Of a stretch of DNA of 64,000 nt, positions 23,041 to 35,731 are shown in pieces. The notes beneath the pieces are model-generated. The model was not told the origin of the DNA. It ran no database searches and saw only the letters and a list, made by a program, of their open reading frames with translations. Origin of the DNA: Selaginella moellendorffii (taxonomy: Eukaryota > Plantae > Lycopodiophyta); the NCBI RefSeq assembly GCF_000143415.4, contig NW_003314293.1, positions 310,001 to 374,000 of the forward strand, read 5' to 3'. Every line of letters starts with the position of its first letter. The stretch's first letter is position 1. The translations under genes and the position numbers were made by a program.

Positions 23041-25808
23041 AAATCATCTACTTTTGAATTTTTTTAAAAGATTTTAAGACTATTAAAGATATTTAAATTA
23101 AAATCTGAATTTTTCTTTTCTTGATGTGAGGTTATGAAATAGTGTTTGGACAATATGAACTAAACTAAAAATTCAAAATAATTGAGAATAAATTAAATTT
23201 TTTATAGGAATTTTATATAATGATTTGGCAACAATAATGCTTGGTTTACTTTTGGTTTGGGTTTTTATATTTTTCTACACAAATAAAAGTTATTTAATAT
23301 ACATGTTTTAATTTTAATTTATAATTTTTGTTCTCAATAATTTTTCTATTTCTTGTTGTTTCTTTTTTTTTTATCCTTCTTTTTCCTAAGGTTCTTATTA
23401 GTCTTTTTTGAGGTTTTCTATTATATTTGATATTTGTTATTCTTCTCTAACCCATCTTCTGATTTATATAATAATGCAATATACGATTTATATAATGTGA
23501 AACTTTCATAGCTAAGCTTCACCGCTGATGATTTACAAGAAGTTGTTACATGTCAGAGCACTGAATCATGGATGAGCAAAGGGCACTCATAAGATCCATG
23601 GATGCCATGGAGTTTACCGGGGACTTGTTGTCGGTGGAAAAGGAGCTGGGTTTGGGAGGCCAAGCACCAAAGTGACGGTCTTTTGTTCACTTGCAAGTCG
23701 CCCTGAGTCCTGAGGGAGGCCCTCGACTTTGAGCTTCCGGAAGGAGGTGGAAGAGGAAGCAGAGTACTCACAAAACTCTCCAAAAGCAGGGTGTGGTTCA
23801 ACTTGTGGATTTTTCAAGGACAAGGATTAGTATTACGGAGCTGTGCCAGTGCTTCCAACAAGACGTTTGGTGAGAAGAAGAGGCTGAGTGAGCATGAGCC
23901 AGCCGTGGTGACCAAGAAGGTGGCCAGTTGCATGACATAGGCATAGCTCAGAGAGAAGACTGCCAACATCCTCCTAGGGCTTGAGGAGAAGTTGTTTGAC
24001 AGGCACCAGAAGAAATCTTTGCCACCTTTGTCCAGATAAAATAAGTCTTGTGGGAAATGAGAATAAAAATCTGGCTTAATCAAAATAAAGTTGACACAAA
24101 CCCAAAAGAATGTGCATTTCTTGGCCAGGGGCGGTCGCCCATCTCCTGCTCCCTCTAGAAGAATTCGTATGAAACCTCTCTACTTCCTAAGCTTTTTTGC
24201 ATCATTTAGGAGAGGAGGCAGCGCACACCCAGGGAGAATGCCCGGAGATTTCGTGGCCATGCTGAGCACCATGGGGAGAACATGTCGGGACGTTTCAAAC
24301 CAGAAGCGGGAAGAAATCTTTGCCACCTTTGTCCTGATTCTTTATGTATGTTTTGTATAATACTTTTCTCTTTTTAGTTATTATTTATCTTTATGTTCCG
24401 ACAATAGTTTGTTAATGAAAGCAGTATACTCTAGCTTAAACACCTTTAAAATTATACATGCTTTATATTTTGTGCCCTTTTACTAATTCCTATAAACAAA
24501 GGATGGACAATTAACATTACACACTGAGATTAAAAAATATTCTAGATAATGCCTGAATATTTCGGGTCTATAACAAGGAATAGTATTCCCTTATGTATCT
24601 CGTGCTTGTCAAAGTTTGCCAAAGCATATAAAAATTAGTGAATTAACTTGAAATTCATAATTCTAAACATTTTTAAAATTTAGACAGGTTCTTGTTTGTT
24701 TGCTGGGAGGGAATGCTTTTAAGTGATAGCATATGTTTTTTTTTAATCGTTGTTTTAATTTGACTTATTAACATTATTCTTCTGATTTAATTATATTGTT
24801 AGAGACAGGCAATAGAGACAATGAGAACATGCAGGCTTTGGTTTATCAAATCTGTGGCATTACATGCAGTGCCTGGCATTCAGGGCACACCCCAACTGTC
24901 CATCATCAGTTGACCGGAGATTTTCAAATTTTTTTGAGAACCAATGTGCCCTCTTATGAGTAGTGTGTGTGTGCACGAAAATTCATACACCTGTACCCTC
25001 AGCGTGTACAGGTACACATACCCACTTTCTGTCGTATTGTACCACTACCGCGTACAGAATACCGCAGCAAACATGATTTCACCTTGCCGTACATATTCTC
25101 AGATACACCCCCGTACGGCCGCTGGAATTGTGCCCATGCCGACACGATCAATCACTGCCTTCCGTGGCAACTCAGGCTTTCGCGAGAGCTGTCCAAACAC
25201 ATAAACAAGAAGAAAAACTTCACTCACTCGTGTTCTTCCTGTAACATATACATTTTGTTCATCCTTCGAAATCCATATACTTACAGTTCTCTCATCTTTC
25301 GCGTGCTCGCTTCGTCTCGATAGCGATGCCTCCAATCAATCCATTCCTTCTCCTTCCTCTTTGTATTTTGTTGTGAAACCCATCGTCTTCTCTTGGCATT
25401 GTTTTCGCTTTCATTTTCTTGCTCTCCCTCCCAGCCCTTGGTTTCGATCAATCGTCGCGAGGAGCTCAAAGTCTTTGATTATCTCCATCAACTTTGCTGC
25501 GCCTCGAGGAGACATGGTCACTATCTTGTGCTGAAATCCTGTCCCTCACGAGGCACTATTTAGTTTAAGTGCCGTTCTCCTTTTCGCTTAAGAACCCTAT
25601 CCTTTTTCTTTTCTCTTGTGCGTAAGTCCCAGTTTGCTGCTAATCTCTCCGTCTCTGTTGATCGATCACAATCTCTCCACGGTCAAATCGCTCTCTCAAA
25701 TCGCGGTATTGGGTCTCCAGTCCGCGGCACTGCGAAGATCCCAGCTACTTGGAGCAAGAAATTTACTTCTCGAAAGAGAGAAAAGGAGGAAAGGAAAGGG
25801 AAAAAAAT

Positions 25809-26150
25809 ATGGGAAATTCGTGCTTTGGCGTGGCAAAGGATCGCAATCCCAAATCCAGCGGCCATCGAATTCACCGCAGCAGGTCCTCGTCGTCAATCGA
25901 TTCGTGTTCTTCTTCCTCGTCGGGGGATAGGATCAAAAGGCACAACCTCGTGAGGGATGGATTGGAGCCTTCTGGCGAGTCAGGATGGGGTCCCCCGATT
26001 CGGCTCGTTATCTCGAAGGAGCAAGTCGATGAAATCGTCTCCGGCGCGTATCATCCGTCCAAGATCGATTACTTGGACCATTTGGTGACGACGATGCTCC
26101 GGGAAGAACTCAAGAAGCTTGGAGCAACGGCAACAGCAACAGCACGATGA
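25809..26150 (+). CDS. Small plant protein (113 aa) with predicted N-myristoylation
   Basis: Starts MGNSC (Gly2 plus a nearby Cys). IRLVISKEQVDEIVS resembles the RIKIVISKQEL..LL motif of small plant-specific proteins. A pyrimidine-rich leader precedes it. Confidence 0.6.
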   Translation: MGNSCFGVAKDRNPKSSGHRIHRSRSSSSIDSCSSSSSGDRIKRHNLVRDGLEPSGESGWGPPIRLVISKEQVDEIVSGAYHPSKIDYLDHLVTTMLREELKKLGATATATAR

Positions 26151-27078
26151 AAAGGAGATAGAGTTTTTTCATGCTGGTCAGAGTGTCAGCTAGCTCTAGC
26201 CAGCCAGTCGGAAGAACACACTTTTTTGGTTTTTCTGGATACCTTGTAGTTCTTTTTTTTCCACCCCATCCAATCAATTGCGATGTCCATAATCATGACA
26301 AGAAAATCTGTATACTGTGTCTCTCTGACTCTGTTCTTATTGCTTGACTCTTGAGCCCATTGCTTTCCAAAAAGGAGCCGGCCAATGCAAAGTAAATAAA
26401 TCCCCACTTCACTCGCGGTGACTTTGAGTGCACAGAATGGAGACAAGGTAGAGATTCATGTAGCATGGTAAAAAACTGCCACAGATTTGAATAGTTAAAC
26501 AAGCTCTTACAGCTGCTTTACTTGGATAGTGAAGGCACTGGTGTCACAGTGGTGTGAAAAAAGGGACTAGAAAAATGTCAATCTATCTATTTATCCTTTT
26601 TACAGGAAAAAAAGAATTCAATGTTAGACATTAGGTTAAAAGTTAGCTTGTACTTAGAAATAAAACTATAATCTAATATATCATCAAAACTAATATATTA
26701 CCCTTTCTTTTCACAAGTTATGTCTATAATTTTATTTTTACTTTTTATTTTTATCCTATTGAGAATTTTTGTAAATGAATTTATCCATTATAAAAATATA
26801 TAAAAAAACACTAAAAATAAAGAATAATATGTGTGACAATAGGATTCAAACTAAAAGATGTTGAGACAGTCAAAATTATCATTATTAAAATATTATAATT
26901 ACGTCAATAAATAACTAATATAGAGGCAAATAAAAAATATATAAATAAATAAAATTATATTTTAGTCAAATTAGAAATAACATAAAGTTATATTCTCAAT
27001 TTAACATTAAATAAATATTTATATTTATATTGTATATATTTTTTATTCAAGTTTGTTTATTTATTTTTAATTTATATT

Positions 27079-27113
<35 letters not shown>
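27079..27113. repeat. (TA)n(GA)n compound microsatellite
   Basis: Direct reading of the sequence. Confidence 0.9.
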
Positions 27114-27114
<1 letters not shown>

Positions 27115-27805
27115 TTATAACAGTATAATTAAATAAAAATTATTACTCTAACCATTGATAAAATTTTTATATAAGAAAAGTTTATTTTTTATTTATCTTA
27201 AATAATATTAATTTAGAACTATGAGGTCCAAGTGTACAGCTACTAATATTAGCATAATGATTGGTTTCAATCTAGACCACTCACTCCTGTATATAAGCTA
27301 GGGTTTTTAGATTAATTGATATGTACATTTTAATATTCTATTTCTATATTCCATGCAATCACATTAATGGAGATGAAGAGTAACTTTGATTGTCATTGAG
27401 AAGTATTCTGATTTGGGGTTTTGATTTAGATCTAACTTTTACATTATCTAGATCTCCCTTTCCTTATAATTTTTTCAATTTTTTATCTATTGCTTTTTCC
27501 TTTTTCATTCATCTTTATGGTAAAGCAATAACTTCTTCCTCCTTTGACTTTAGAATAGTAGTTGGTGTAATTCCTTGATGCTATGTGGTTATAATTGAAC
27601 AATCAGACTCAATAGCATTCATAGTGTATGGTACATCTCCTCCTGCTTTTAATGCCAATCCTCGTGTTCGACTAAATTTTTTCCCTAGGAGTCCTAGGGA
27701 TGATATATATTATTAGTTTGATCACTTTACGGTGATTGCCACATATCATTCTTGAGATGATGCTTAGTATTTATATGAGTTTCCCATGTATCTCCAAGGG
27801 ATGAC

Positions 27806-30800
27806 TGTCGTGAATATGACTTCGGGTATCAAAAGTTACCTATCAGCCAGTCCTTATGGACATTCTTTCCTTACTACCACGATGGTAAGAGGTTGGTATT
27901 GTTGGACCCTTTATCAATCCCTCTTTATAAGACTTTGCATTTGTACTTGGCCGGACAAGCATAAGGAAGGAATTCCTAAGTGTTTATTTAGCCTAATTTA
28001 GGAATTCGTAAGTGTTTATTCTTCTTGTGCTTGTTATGAAGTGAGTTACGTCTTGTTATAGATGGATTTATAGAGGATCGATTAGATGATCACTTGTTGA
28101 GTATAACTTTGTTATGCTTGGCTTTTGTTGATGCAGACATGCTCTTCATTAGCTTTGCAATATGAAGTTTAGCTTATGGATATATTGAGGAGGATATTGT
28201 CAGTTATACCATGATTTCTTCTTTAGCACTGAAATTAGTTCATGTGAGACTCGTGATCATTGTTAAGCAAGACTTGGCTATTGTAGCGCACGTGGTTTTT
28301 ACCCTTTATCCTATGGTGATTTACTATAGGATAACACCACAAAGCGGAACCTAAACCCTCTTTATGCCACGTGACAGATGCCACGTGTCACATGCCATGT
28401 GTCCAAAGGACAGTGGTGTGGAACCCGAGTTTCAGGACCTTGGGCCACTGAAAGAAGGAATGGTGCCAAACTCCCAAGCATGGAGCTAAGGAGTGACAGA
28501 ACCGAACCACGGAGCAACTCTCGAGCATATAGCCCAAGGAGCGAAGGGACAGGAGCCCAGAGTGACTTGGAACAGTCCTAGAGCAACCAGTATCCTAATA
28601 GCATTTGGGACTGAAATGAGACTAACATAAAGGGCATGATAGCGAGGGTGTTTGGCAGACACGATAAGTTATCATCCAGCGATATTGAGGGACTAATCTC
28701 AATACAGAAGGGTTCTTGTCACTAGCCAGTGCAAGACAAAACGAGATGGGAACTCCTTACCAGGCTAAGTATGCTTAGCTAATAGTACGTAGGAATTCCG
28801 TCCTTATGCTCGTTCGGTCTAAGTACACTCGAAATGCCCAGTTAACTCCACTAGCATAAGATGGGCTACCAAAGGGATCCAACTGTACCAACATTCTACC
28901 GTCATGGCAGTAATGAAAGAGTGTCTGTAAGGACTGGCCGATAAGTATCTTTCGATACCCGAAGTCACATTCACAACACTCTCCCCCCTTAGGGAAGATC
29001 GACGTCCTCGTTGATGTATACCCGAGTCTAGCAAACCGTCAAGGAAATAACTCCGAAAGTTAATAGAAAGCACACTATGTGGGAAACACACCGACTTAAA
29101 TGAGTTATGGAACGACTTCTTCTCTACGTCCAAAAACGTTGAGACTCAGACACCCTCCGGCCGTCACCGACAAGAAAATGACTAACGGAGTTAGCCACCC
29201 TTGCTGCACCGAGTACCACTCGGCTTACAAAGGAATGATACATCCTTGCCCGCAAGGACATAGGGAGAAGGCCAGAGGCCCAACTTCCCCTGAGCAAGAA
29301 ATCAACCCCGTTGGGAAGATTTAGACAACTATTATAAACTGGCAGATTAAGTTGTTTACACGACCACGCCCTTTTTCAAAAGTGAGGCATCGAGAGAGAG
29401 GTAGGGACTTGTGATCAGTCTATAATAATTATCCCCATGGTTATGGATTGGACCCATGCACTGAAGTGCCGAAGTGCCAAAGTTAGCTTGCCAAAACTGA
29501 CCCAAGTACTAATGAACGAGAGAAATGACACTTTGATTTATAGAAATATATTACTTTATTAATTTGCAAGATTTATTACAAGGTTTACAAAAACTATTTT
29601 TTATTACTATTCTCATACTCTGTGACAAGCTCATGAGCATGTGTAAGATTCCTAAGAGGTTCCCAAGTTGATTCACAAGACATGTAACTTTTCCACTTAA
29701 CTAGATATTCCTTCGCACGAGCCTATCTTTGAGACCGAGCATCCAAGATAACTTCAACTTCATATTCTGGTTCACCGTCCACAACATCTGGTGGTGGACG
29801 AATCTGCCTGCATTGCGCAACATCCATAGTGTAAGGAGCCAAGGGATTGGCATGAAATACATTATGAACATGGGACATCTCTGTAGGAAGATCCAATTGA
29901 TAGGATACATCACCAATGTGTTTCAACACCCGATAAGGTTCAACATATCTCGGTAACAGCTTCTGAGACAAAGATCCCTTAATGTTCAAGTTCCGGGAAG
30001 ATAGCCACACTTGATCTCCCACTTGATAGGATACATCTCGACAATGTTGATCCTTATCACGTCGATACCTATCATGAGCTTTGCCCATCGCCTCAGTAGC
30101 TCTAGACCAACTTTGGCGTAGCTGCTCCGCATAAGTCTCAATGGCCAGGACCAACACTTCGGTCATTGGTTTCGGTACAACGATCTGTTGAGGAACCCCA
30201 CGAGCATTCCCTTGCAGCATCTCCCATGGAGAACAACCTATAGCGTTGTGAAATGTGTTGTTATAACAAATTTCTACTGTGTCTAAATGCTCAACCCAGT
30301 CGCGTTGGTCCGCCGCGACATAGTACCGCAGATAATCCTCAACTTGAGCATTCACGCATTTGGTCTACCCATCAGTTTGAGGATGATAAGCCATACTAAA
30401 CTTTAACTTGGTACCAAACAATTGGAATAGCATGCCCCAAAACTTTTCTGTAAACCTCAAATCTCTATCCGAGATCATCTCTTTGGGAAGACCACGAACT
30501 CACACTACTTCATGGAAAAAGAGCTTTGCTATTTGCTTCGCATTCATTGTTTTTACAATTGGAACGAAGTGTGCAATCTTTGACAACCGATCCACAACCA
30601 CCATCAAAGTATCATAACCCTTAAACTTCGGCAAACAAATGACAAAATCAAGTGTCACACTCTGAAATGGCCATGCCGGTGCTGGAATGCATTGCAACTT
30701 CCCAACCTGCTTCTCAATTCTCCGCTTACATTATTGGCATATAGGGTAGGAACAGATATAGTCCGCTACATCACCTTCCATACCAAACCAGAAAAATCCC

Positions 30801-33612
30801 TTTTTCAATGAAGCTAGAGTCTTTCGCTATCCACCATGTCCCACTACAGAAACATCATGAAACTGTAGCGCACCTTATCTCTCTCCCCTTAAGCCAACTG
30901 GAAAAGGGGCAATTGCTTGATGAGAGAGCTTTTAGTGGCTATTTTATCCCCATTTATCCCCCAAGGTTTCAAGCATCCATGGTGACAGTACATCTAAATT
31001 TCATTCTATGATCACATATGCTACAGCTATATGTTTCTTCAAGTTTTTGGTTCCTTGAGTTTTCATGCTTATAGTTCATTTGTTAGAAGTTGTTGGGAAA
31101 GGCATTTTGGCTCATTAGCTTCGATGTTGAAGTTAATAGTTGCATTTAGTAACCATTGATGATGATTGACTATTATCTAGGGTAGTTGATTATTTTTATC
31201 AAAGGTTTTACTTGATTATTGTTGGTATAGAATGATTTGCCATTCTTTGGGAAGGTAAATTCTTTCTTCAATGATGATTATACCTCTTTTCATCGTTGGG
31301 ATGATTGATATTCCTTCATGATAGTTAGTTGTTCTTTTTGATGGTTTATAGCTTTTCGCAATACCACATATTCTTTGTGGTTTGCTTTGGATTGGTTTTT
31401 TCAGTTTGAGACATCGATAGGATGTTGCTAACACTTGCTTGAGCAACTCTGGTTTCTTGGTATTATTGACCAGGATCTATTGAGATTGACTAATGCAATA
31501 GTTAATATGAATGAGTGTTTGTTGGTTTTCCCACATTCATTCTATTCTGTTGATTGTTGCTCAAATTAGCTTTGATAGATTAGGATGTTATTTCCTTCGG
31601 GTAATACATCTGTGAGCATTTTGCTTGCTAGTCGATGATACTTTGTGTTCTTTGAGTTGTCTTTCATAAATGGTTTGGCATACTTTCTACAATCTTTGGT
31701 AGTTAAGTTTTATCATAAAATTTCCTTGATGATACACTGGCTATTGAATTTGTTGGATGGCAAATCCTATGTTTTCCAAACATGATGATCTTAGTGGTTT
31801 CTGTACTCTAATACTAGTTTATCAGATGATAACTTACTTGGAATACTTTTGTGTTTTAATCTAAGTTTTATTCCCTGATAATTAAGTCTCTCAGATATCA
31901 TTATCTTTGACTTTGATATTGTCCATTTGTTGATCTTTGTGTTTGGGCCAAGATAGGCAGATTGGCTTTAGCACTTCGTGTGCATGGTGAAATCTTTAGT
32001 CATGGGGTAGCTTTTGTCGACTAGTCATATCACCCACCTCTGTGTCAATGTTCCTTATTTCGTTAAAAGGGCATGACCGTGTAAACAACTCTAACTGCCT
32101 GTTTATAGTAGTCTATCTAAACTTTACTAACGGGTTTGGTTTCTTTGCTCTAAAGGGTTAGGGCCCCTGGCTTCTCTCTCTATGTCTATGCGGGCAGGGG
32201 TATATTACACTTTTGTAAGCTAGGTGACACCTAGAGCAGCAAGGGTGGCTAACTCCGTTGGTCATTTCTTTGTCTGTGATGGCCGGAAGGTGTCTGAGTG
32301 GGTAACACATCTGTGTTAGACAAAGAGGTTGCCTCATAACTCATTTAAGTTGGTGCATTTCTCACATAGTGTGATCACTGTGAACTTTTTTCTAGAGTTA
32401 TTTCCTTGGCAGTGGTTTAGACTTGAGTCTGCATCAATGAGGATGTCGATCTTCCCTAGGGGGGGAGAGTGTCGCAAATGTGATTTTCGAGTATCGAAAG
32501 TTACCTGTTGGCCAGACACTCTTTCCTTACTATCACGATGGCAAAAGGTTGGTATTGCTAGACCCTTTATCAGTCCCTCTTGTTCAAGTGTTAGTAAACT
32601 AGATTTTACATATGTACTTGGCCAGACGAGCATAAGGAAGGAATTTTTAAGTGTTTATTTAACCAAGTATACTTGGCCCGGCTTGTTAGTTCTTTTTTGC
32701 TTTGTCTTGCACTAGTTTAACAAAAACTCTCGCGTATTAAGACTAATCCCTCAATATCACTAGATGATAGCTTACTATGTTTGCCAAACACCCTCGCTAT
32801 CATACCCTTTGTGTTAGTCTCATTCTGGTCCTAAATACTATTTATGGAAAGCATCCAGATTTGCTCATTTGGCATATCTACAGAATGTAGAAATTGAAAT
32901 TGTCATGAACACAATGGTGTTCGTCTCGTGTCCAAATTTGCAATCTAAGGATATTCCATATTTAGTAAGTTTCGAGTTTGTCCCAGAGACTAACTCCTGA
33001 TACTAAAGGAAGTTTGGGGTGAAAGCCTAAAGCATGTATTCCTTAAGGGGGGGGGGTTGGGGGGGGGGGTTATAGGGAGTTCTAAATGTATAGTAAGGAT
33101 AGTGGGTAGGTTAGGCATGGCCAACCAACTTGAGGCATAGTTTAGCTCTTGCTTGTGTGCCTATCTTTGTTTTGTGTCTGGCTTGGGTATAAGCCCAAGC
33201 TCCACACCATGCTAGCTAGTGGAGTAGCTATGTCCTTACATTAGGCCACTGGTATGCTGAAATAGTGCCAAACTCCGTTTGGCTTCGTTTTGCATGCTGG
33301 TTCTGGCATTGGGATGCTGGATGCTCTAAGACTGTTCCAAGTCACTCTATGCTTTTGTCCCTTTGCTCCTTATGTTATATGCTCAGAAGTCATTCCGTGC
33401 TCTAGTGCCATTGCTCATTAGCTTTATGCTTGGGAGTTTGGCACCGTTCCTTTGTTCAGTGGCCCAAGGCCCTAAAACATAGGTTCCAGGCCACTGTCCT
33501 TTAGACATGTGGCATGTGACACTTGTGGTATATGGAGGGTTTAGGTTCTGCTTCATGGTTATTCTATGGTAAGTCACCATGGGATAAAGAGTAAAAAACC
33601 ACGTGTGCTACA
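27806..33612 (+). mobile_element. Nested LTR element (family 2, outer copy): truncated 5' LTR 27806-~28020, decayed interior, 3' LTR 32470-33612
   Basis: TGTCG...CTACA ends; purine tract (A, G-run, AGAG) at 32458-32469; flanks ATGAC and ACAGC correspond to the single ACGGC at the empty site in copy B (about 38431). Confidence 0.82.
28282..30870 (-). mobile_element. Family 2 inner copy in opposite orientation: 3' LTR 28282-28978, PPT, 3' UTR, integrase and chromodomain (chromovirus)
   Basis: Inverted match to 32066-33612. PPT at 28979-28989. Integrase WPFQSVTLDFV..VVVDRLSK..HF, AYHPQTDG, and a GPY/F-like KLLPRYVEPY. Chromodomain YEVEVILD..EYLVKWK..STWEP. Stops are present. Confidence 0.88.
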
Positions 33613-33789
33613 ACAGCACTTCAATGGTATAATAGTTTGAGTGTAGCCACTCTTGAGAATTGGAGCATTCTCCCAAATATTTTTAAATGTGCATTTAGAC
33701 ATATTGACAATTGTGATGATGCCTTCCAATAATTGCATTGTTTTTATCAAGGGCCATATGAGTTAATGATGCAATTTAGCATTTGTTTT

Positions 33790-35731
33790 TGAAGCCTCTT
33801 ACTTTTGCAAGCTTGATATGAAGGCATGGAACGCGTCCATATCACCCATATCCATGACAAGTATCCTCTTTGCCATAAACCCATTCACATACTTTTGAAT
33901 GGTTTTGGTCTACTTCAGTCTACTCGGCTCATCCCTTAGGTGCTAAGTAGCATTCAGAGGAACGTAAGTCACATGGATCCTCACCTTCATCATTTCCCAA
34001 GTCACCACCGGTCCTTCGTTGGCCTCTGTCTTTCTCCACCAAGACTTCGCATTATCTGCCAAGTATGGTTTTGCACATGGGACCTTCTCCAAGCTTGGTA
34101 ACTGCAACGCCCGGAAGTAGTCCTCCATATCGTAAAACCAATCCTCCACCACCTTATAGTCATTCACTCCCTTGAAGACCGGTGGGGGTTTTGATTTGTA
34201 CTTGAGAACCATTTAAGGGACTAATTCCACTTTAGTCTTTTCAACCTTGTTTGGTTCCACCTCAGTCTTTGCATAAGGGTCTGCACCTTCTGTGCTGCCA
34301 GCATTCACAGTCTTTCACTTGTTCTTCCGCTTTTTGTCATGTTTTAGATTGCATACTAGAGTCTCGAGCAGGGCATTGGTCTATGCCAATTGTCCTTTTA
34401 GAACATCCAATCAAGCCTTGGATGACCGAACCTCACCATTGAACTCCTATTTGGAAGTTTCCTCACTAGAGTCCTCCTCATGTAAGGATTCCTCATCCAT
34501 AGGTTTTTGTTTGACCAGAGGCTCTAGCTTCGGAGGAGGTTCAGTCTCTGCCTTGATTCATTTACACCTTACCTTTGCCATCTCCCAGCAATCCCCATCT
34601 ATCCTTCGCTAAAACTGAGGAAAAAGCTTTGATACTAAATTGTAAGCCACAAATTTTTCCTTTTCAATTTGTCAACTTACCTCATCTATCCGACCAACAT
34701 TACCTTGGCCTTAGCTAAGTTCCCTTGCCAAAGTTCCCACGTATTGTACCAGCTCCTACTTAGTCCTACTTGGTTTCAGCTACTCATTGCACAAGCAACA
34801 GAGTGTTAGTCATCCATCTACAGATTCCCAAATCTCTCCTAATCCCCCTTCTCAGGTAATATTTGCTCTCAAAGAGATTAATTGTTTAGACTGGACTTAA
34901 GGTTCGGTTACACTCCCCATAGGCACAAGCAGCCAAGCACACCCAGCCTCTAGGTTCCTAACATCCTTTGGTACAACAAGACTTAATTATGGGACTCTTT
35001 AAATCCTAAGCCTTAGGTGCAACACTTGCTTTGGGATGCCAAGGGGGAAACACTGTGGCTTAATGGCCCAATATGGGTACCTCTACCCCCCAATTTTCAT
35101 CCCAAAGGGAAGGCCTAAGCCCCTAGGAAGGGTGAAGACCAATGAGCCACAAGGTACTTAAGTGGGGCACCACTCCACATGAGTCAGGAGCATTGCAGTC
35201 GGTTTCCCTTTCGAGAGTGGGAGCTACTCTTGAGCCTTCCTTGGGTGGCCCCTTTGGCACCACCCAAGTCCATGCTCACTCCCACCCAAGGCCCCTTGAC
35301 CCTAGTCTCAACCTCAAGTCAGTTTGGAAGCACCATTGGAGAGTTCCTTTAAGATTGGTTCCTGGACCTCACTATCCCTACTATACTTTTAGAACCCCCT
35401 GCAACCCCCTCCCGGGAGACACATGCTTTGGGCTTTCACCCCTCGGCCTGTATTAGTACTTGGACTCTATCTCGGACTCGATCTCGGACTCGATCTCGGA
35501 CCCGACCTCGGACTCGGTCTTGGAACCGATCTCAGATCTTGGACTCTGTCTCAAACTTGGTCTCAAACTCGGTCTCGAACTCAGTCTCAAAGTCAGCCTT
35601 GGACTCGATCCTGAACTCTATCTCGAACTCGGTCTCAGAGTCAGTCTTTGGACTCAATCTTAGACTTGGTCCCACCCGATGAACTCTTTATCATTTTGGT
35701 TGTACTTTCGGGGATCCTTTAGCTTACGACA
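33790..35731 (-). mobile_element. Family 1 copy 2: 5' LTR 34641-35731, degenerate PBS 34626-34637 and gag, inserted in copy A
   Basis: Gag ORF fragment 33943-34212; PBS TAGTATCAAAGC; LTR reads TGTCGTAAGC...GCTTACA on the minus strand; similar to 1-1490. Confidence 0.85.
35461..35670. repeat. Degenerate 6/12-bp minisatellite (GACTCGATCTCG) inside the LTR
   Basis: Repeated GACTCG/ATCTCG/AACTCG/GTCTCA hexamers. They generate spurious LGLD, RTRS and DSIS repeat ORFs. Confidence 0.9.

Noticed and set aside
28282-33612. Single TIR or DIRS-like element
   Set aside because: Each arm has its own PPT and TG..CA LTR. No transposase or tyrosine recombinase is seen, and there is no direct TSD around this interval. 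Nested LTR elements explain it better.
35423-35682. RS-rich, LGLD and DSIS repeat ORFs; superficially CRISPR-like periodicity
   Set aside because: Translation of a hexamer minisatellite within an LTR; no unique spacers and no cas genes.
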